Positions 59,954-64,000 of a stretch of 64,000 nt of DNA are shown here, one piece after another (position 1 is the stretch's first letter; the number at the start of each line of letters is the position of its first letter). The position numbers and the translations under genes are program-made. This DNA is from Acidobacteriota bacterium. GTDB lineage: Bacteria > Acidobacteriota > UBA890 > WLXD01. The stretch covers positions 832,001-896,000 of the forward strand of contig CBDFKD010000002.1 of the NCBI GenBank assembly GCA_965248695.1. Direction: 5' to 3'. The notes beneath the pieces were generated by a model. That model did not search any database. It had not been told where the DNA came from and was given only the letters and a program-made list of their open reading frames with translations.

Positions 59954-60970
59954 ATGCGCAAGCTCACCGTGCTCGCTGTAGTCGTAGTGCTCAGCAGCGC
60001 CGCCGCTTTGCTCGGCACGGGGGTCGACGTCGCTACCTCGCGCGCTGCCGATCACCTCGATTCTCCGAGTGTGCAGGCTGACGGCCGTACCGACATTAAC
60101 GATTTCTACATCTTCCCAGCGCAGAAGGGCAAGAAAGAGACGGCGCTGATCATGACCGTCGCGCCACTTGTCGGTCTGGCGAGCCCAGCGGAGTTCAACG
60201 ACGCTGCCACGTACATGTTCAACATCGACAACACGGGCGATGCGAAGGTTGACGATCAATGGATGGTCACTTTCAAAGGCAACAGAATGACCGTGCGCCT
60301 GAACGGCAAGAAGATGGGCTCCGGCCCCTTCGGGCGCCAAGGCAACCAGCGCGCCGCGCCAATCTCGCTCAGAGGCGGCGGCAGGGCGTGGGCGGGCATG
60401 ACCGACGACCCGTTCTTCTTCGACCTCGGGGCGGCCCAGAACGGCCTCGCCTTCTGTCCCGGCGGCGTCGGCTTCGACTTCTTCACCAACGCCAACGTGA
60501 TGTCGATCGTGCTGGATGTTCCGAACGGCAGCATCGAAGTAGACAACCCCCGCGCTGCGGCAATCAATACCTGGGCGTCGGTATGGATCGGCAACAAGCA
60601 GGTCGATCGCCTCGGTACACCGTTCCTCAACACGTTCCTGGGCTCACCCAAACAGAACGCGTACAACAAGAACAAGCAGCCACACAAAGACCCCAAGAAG
60701 TTCGGCGCAACCTTTACCACTAACATGCTGGGACTCGGCGCCGATGCCGCTACCGTGGCCGCGCTCGTCGGAGCTCTGTTGCCAGACGTGTTGACCTACA
60801 GTCCGCAGGCGCTCGGCACCCGCGTGTTCCCCAACGGTCGAGGTCTGGAGGACGACGTGGCGGATATCAGCCTCCAAACCCTGACTAGCAATCCCGCAGC
60901 CACCGATTGCGTCGACGCCAACGACGGCAACTTCTCCGGCAAGTTCCCGTACCTGGCCGACGCGCACTAG
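59954..60970 (+). CDS. DUF4331 family secreted protein
   Basis: ADHLDSP, DINDFYIF, DDPFFFD, QVDRLG.P, FPNGR.L.DDV.D and FPYLA motifs. Confidence 0.88.
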   Translation: MRKLTVLAVVVVLSSAAALLGTGVDVATSRAADHLDSPSVQADGRTDINDFYIFPAQKGKKETALIMTVAPLVGLASPAEFNDAATYMFNIDNTGDAKVDDQWMVTFKGNRMTVRLNGKKMGSGPFGRQGNQRAAPISLRGGGRAWAGMTDDPFFFDLGAAQNGLAFCPGGVGFDFFTNANVMSIVLDVPNGSIEVDNPRAAAINTWASVWIGNKQVDRLGTPFLNTFLGSPKQNAYNKNKQPHKDPKKFGATFTTNMLGLGADAATVAALVGALLPDVLTYSPQALGTRVFPNGRGLEDDVADISLQTLTSNPAATDCVDANDGNFSGKFPYLADAH

Positions 60971-61048
60971 GGCTCTCGAGCCGAGCTCCTGCCATGGCGG
61001 CGCCGAGCGAATGACCGCGCAACGCGACGAACTGGCGGACATCAAACG

Positions 61049-62383
61049 ATGAAGCGTCTTTGGGCCGCGGCGCTGGCACTGGCCAGCGTCGCGGTCGCTG
61101 TCGTTGTGGTGGGTACGGTTGATACAGGCGGCGACAGCCGCGCCATCGCAACGACTTGGAGCCTCGACCTCATCGACGCCGCGGCCGTAAAGGCGATGCC
61201 CGCCGCCGGCGACCGCCTCGAGCTGTATCAACAGCGCAGCATCGGGCGACCACCGACGGCCACCGACCAGAGACTGCTCGGCAGCTTGCTCCTGCAACAG
61301 GCCATCGAGTCTGGCGACGACGGACTGTTCGAAGCGGTTGAGGAGGAGTATCGCGTCGCGTTGGCCATGGCGCCCGACGACGTAGCCAACCAGCTCGGAT
61401 TGGCGAGCGCGCTGGCCGCCCAGCATCGGTTCGGGGACGCTGCAGATCTAATCGAGGCCGTGCTCGAGCTGCAGCCCGACAACATCGACGCGCTGGCGGC
61501 CATGGGCGACGCGTACCTTTCTCTCGGTCGATACGACGAAGCTGCCGCTGCACATCAAGAGCTGGCACGCCTCGTGTCGGCGCCGGCGGCGACGGCACGC
61601 CTGGCGCACCTGGAAGAGCTGCACGGGAATCCGCAGCGCGCGCTGGAGTTGCTGGAGTCGGCAGCGCTGGAGATGCATCTGTCCGACGCGCTCGCCGACG
61701 ACCTCGCCTGGTACCTGACTCGGCTGGCGGAGCTCTACTTCCAGACAGGTAACCTGGAGGCGTCGGCGCGTCACGCGGAGGTTGCGCTCGAGGTGGCGCC
61801 TCGTACCCTCTTTGCTCTCGGCCAACTAGCGCGCGCGCGGGCGTCACAAGGGCGACTCGACGAGGCGATCTCGGCTTCCGAGCGGCTAGTGGCGCAGCAA
61901 CCGCATCCGGAGCTACTCGGCCAACTCGGCGATCTGTACGCGCTGGCGGGCAAGCAGGGGGAGGCTGCAGATCTCTACGACCAAGTGATCGGCATCGCGC
62001 CAACCGCCGGCTCGGTGGAAGATCGGCCACTGGGCAGATTTCTCGCCGATCACGACATCGAGCCAGAACAGGCTCTGCGGCGGGCCGAGCGCGACGTCGT
62101 GCTGCGCCCGGACATCGAAGCCCACGATCTGCACGCCTGGGCGCTGTATCGTAACGGCCGTTTCGAAGAAGCCGCCGAAGCCATCGACCGCGCCCTGCGG
62201 CTCGGGACGCGTCGCGCCGACTTCTACTACCACGCCGGCCTGATCTACGGAGCGCTGGGTGACATTGACCGGTCGATCTCATTGCTGCAGGACGCGCTGG
62301 CGATCAATCGGCAGTTCGATCCGCTGCACGCGCCGATCGCTCGCGAAGCGCTGGAGTCCCGGCAGGCGGCAGGGGCTCGCTAG
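61049..62383 (+). CDS. Tetratricopeptide repeat protein
   Basis: Multiple TPRs; D.HAWALY..GR and YHAG.I motifs typical of DUF4331-associated TPR proteins. Confidence 0.88.
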   Translation: MKRLWAAALALASVAVAVVVVGTVDTGGDSRAIATTWSLDLIDAAAVKAMPAAGDRLELYQQRSIGRPPTATDQRLLGSLLLQQAIESGDDGLFEAVEEEYRVALAMAPDDVANQLGLASALAAQHRFGDAADLIEAVLELQPDNIDALAAMGDAYLSLGRYDEAAAAHQELARLVSAPAATARLAHLEELHGNPQRALELLESAALEMHLSDALADDLAWYLTRLAELYFQTGNLEASARHAEVALEVAPRTLFALGQLARARASQGRLDEAISASERLVAQQPHPELLGQLGDLYALAGKQGEAADLYDQVIGIAPTAGSVEDRPLGRFLADHDIEPEQALRRAERDVVLRPDIEAHDLHAWALYRNGRFEEAAEAIDRALRLGTRRADFYYHAGLIYGALGDIDRSISLLQDALAINRQFDPLHAPIAREALESRQAAGAR

Positions 62384-62390
62384 CCTGGCG

Positions 62391-63212
62391 GTGACAACGC
62401 TGCCCGCCGCCTCAGGACTGCCTCCGTCGGCGGCGACCCGAGCGCTTACGGCTCTGTGCATCATCGCGGCAGCGGCCTGCGGCGGCTCATCGTCGCGCGC
62501 CGACAACGAGGTCCTGGTGTTCGCAGCCGCCAGCCTGGGCGACGTGCTCGACGAGATCCGCACCGCCTTCGAGAAGGAAACAGGCGTTCATGTCGTGTTC
62601 AACTTCGCCGGCTCCAACGTGCTGGCGCGCCAGATCGAGGCACGCCCCATCGCCGATGTCTTCGTCTCCGCCGATGAGCGCTGGATGGACCATTTGGCAA
62701 GCCTTGACCTGGTGGCCACGGGTTCCCGATCGACGCTACTGGGCAACAACCTGGTGGTGGTGACAAACTCGCACAGCGAGCTCGATCTCGCCCGGCTCAC
62801 CGAGCTCGCCGATGCCGAGTTCAGCTTCTTGTCGCTCGCCGATCCGGATGCCGTGCCAGCGGGCCGTTACGCGAAGGAAACGTTGCAGCGGGTCCGCGTG
62901 GGCACTACCGATCTGTGGAGCCTGGTACACGATGTCGTGGCGCCGGCACCCGACGTGCGCGCTGCGCTGGCACTGGTGGAAGCGCGGCCTGATGTGGTCG
63001 GCATCGTGTACAAGACCGACGCGCTCACCTCGTCGCGGGTGCGCGTCGTTCTCGAGATTCCAGACACCGTGAGTCCACCGATTCGCTACGTAATTGCCGC
63101 CATCGGCCATCAACCGACGCCGGAAACCGGACGCTGGCTGGAGTTCCTCCACGCCGACACGGCTCGAGAGGTTTTCGCGCGTCACGGGTTCGTCACCTAC
63201 GGCGGTGAATGA
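62391..63212 (+). CDS. modA: Molybdate ABC transporter substrate-binding protein
   Basis: [31 protein letters not shown] and IVYKTDA motifs. Confidence 0.92.
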   Translation: MTTLPAASGLPPSAATRALTALCIIAAAACGGSSSRADNEVLVFAAASLGDVLDEIRTAFEKETGVHVVFNFAGSNVLARQIEARPIADVFVSADERWMDHLASLDLVATGSRSTLLGNNLVVVTNSHSELDLARLTELADAEFSFLSLADPDAVPAGRYAKETLQRVRVGTTDLWSLVHDVVAPAPDVRAALALVEARPDVVGIVYKTDALTSSRVRVVLEIPDTVSPPIRYVIAAIGHQPTPETGRWLEFLHADTAREVFARHGFVTYGGE

Positions 63213-63891
63213 GGTGGACAACGCCACGCTCGTCGCCCTCGGCCTCACACTCCAGGTGGCCGCTGTTGCCACCGCCGCCGTGCTCGTCCCGTGCACGCTG
63301 ATTGCCTACGCGCTCGCACGCTATGAGTTCCGCGGCAAGGCGGTGCTGTCGAGCCTGTTCGGGTTGCCGCTGGTCTTGCCGCCTACCGCCGTCGGCTATT
63401 TGCTGCTGAAGGCGCTCGGCAGCTCTGGCCCTCTCGGTCCGGCGGCCCTCGGATTTGACCTCGACATTCTCCTCACCTGGAAGGGAGCGGTGGTCGCCTC
63501 TGGCGTGATGGCGTCGCCGCTCGTCGTGCGCACGGCCCGAGTCACCTTCGAAGGCATCGATCCGCGCCTCGAGATGATGGCTCGAACGCTGGGGCACAGC
63601 CGCGCGCAGGCGTTCCTTCGCTACACGATTCCGCTGGCGACACGCGGTCTGCTGGCGGCCGCGATCCTCGGTTTCACGCGCGCCGTCGGCGAGTTCGGCG
63701 CCACCGTCATGCTGGCGGGCAATATTCCGGGTCGTACGCAAACCCTGTCGCTGGCAATTTTCTCGGCGCAGCAGGCAGGCAACGACTCAGAGGCGTACGT
63801 GCTCCTGGGCGTCGCGGTGGTGGTGGGGCTGGTCGCAATCCTGGCGTCGGAGAAGCTCTCGCGTCGGCCGTCGCCGAGAGGCTCGGCGTGA
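63205..63891 (+). CDS. modB: Molybdate ABC transporter permease
   Basis: [12 protein letters not shown] and [21 protein letters not shown] motifs. Confidence 0.93.
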   Translation: MNEVDNATLVALGLTLQVAAVATAAVLVPCTLIAYALARYEFRGKAVLSSLFGLPLVLPPTAVGYLLLKALGSSGPLGPAALGFDLDILLTWKGAVVASGVMASPLVVRTARVTFEGIDPRLEMMARTLGHSRAQAFLRYTIPLATRGLLAAAILGFTRAVGEFGATVMLAGNIPGRTQTLSLAIFSAQQAGNDSEAYVLLGVAVVVGLVAILASEKLSRRPSPRGSA

Positions 63892-64000
63892 CGCGCCGCC
63901 AGACAACACCCGCCACCGGCGCAGGAATGCCACAGCTGCACGTCAACGTGCAGGTACCGCTGGACCATTTCGACCTGGCGGTCGAGTTCAGCACGCGGGC
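63888..64000 (+). CDS. modC: Molybdate ABC transporter ATPase, 5' end only
   Basis: GTGA overlap with modB; [19 protein letters not shown]-terminus. Confidence 0.6.
   Translation, partial: MTRRQTTPATGAGMPQLHVNVQVPLDHFDLAVEFSTR

Noticed and set aside
1-64000. CRISPR array or integron cassette array explaining the TA density
   Set aside because: No regularly spaced repeats, attC-like sites, cas or intI genes were seen by eye, and gene orientations are mixed

Overview
High-GC bacterial window; the gene families suggest Acidobacteriota or a similar peptide-scavenging heterotroph (low confidence). It has no rRNA, intact tRNA or CRISPR array. Content: many exported hydrolases (M28, M20, M24, S41-like and aspartic peptidases, three amidohydrolases, two gamma-glutamyltransferase-like proteins, CocE/NonD, PhoD, sialidase), a TolC/MFP/CusA efflux operon, oppDF, a TonB receptor, a Rieske oxygenase, a PQQ dehydrogenase, TipA, DUF4331+TPR and modABC. 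Mobile and selfish elements: one complete IS3 (IS407-like) and at least five toxin-antitoxin-type loci, several with readable operators. Most notable: (1) a wHTH + nucleotidyltransferase gene pair behind a perfect 32-bp palindrome, a candidate type IV TA or defence module; (2) a GGT-amidohydrolase-GGT cluster in which both GGT-like proteins have Ser instead of the catalytic Thr; (3) about a dozen deletion scars where gene fragments are spliced together; (4) an integrase/tmRNA-att scar. Product calls rest on motif recognition only; no database searches were run.
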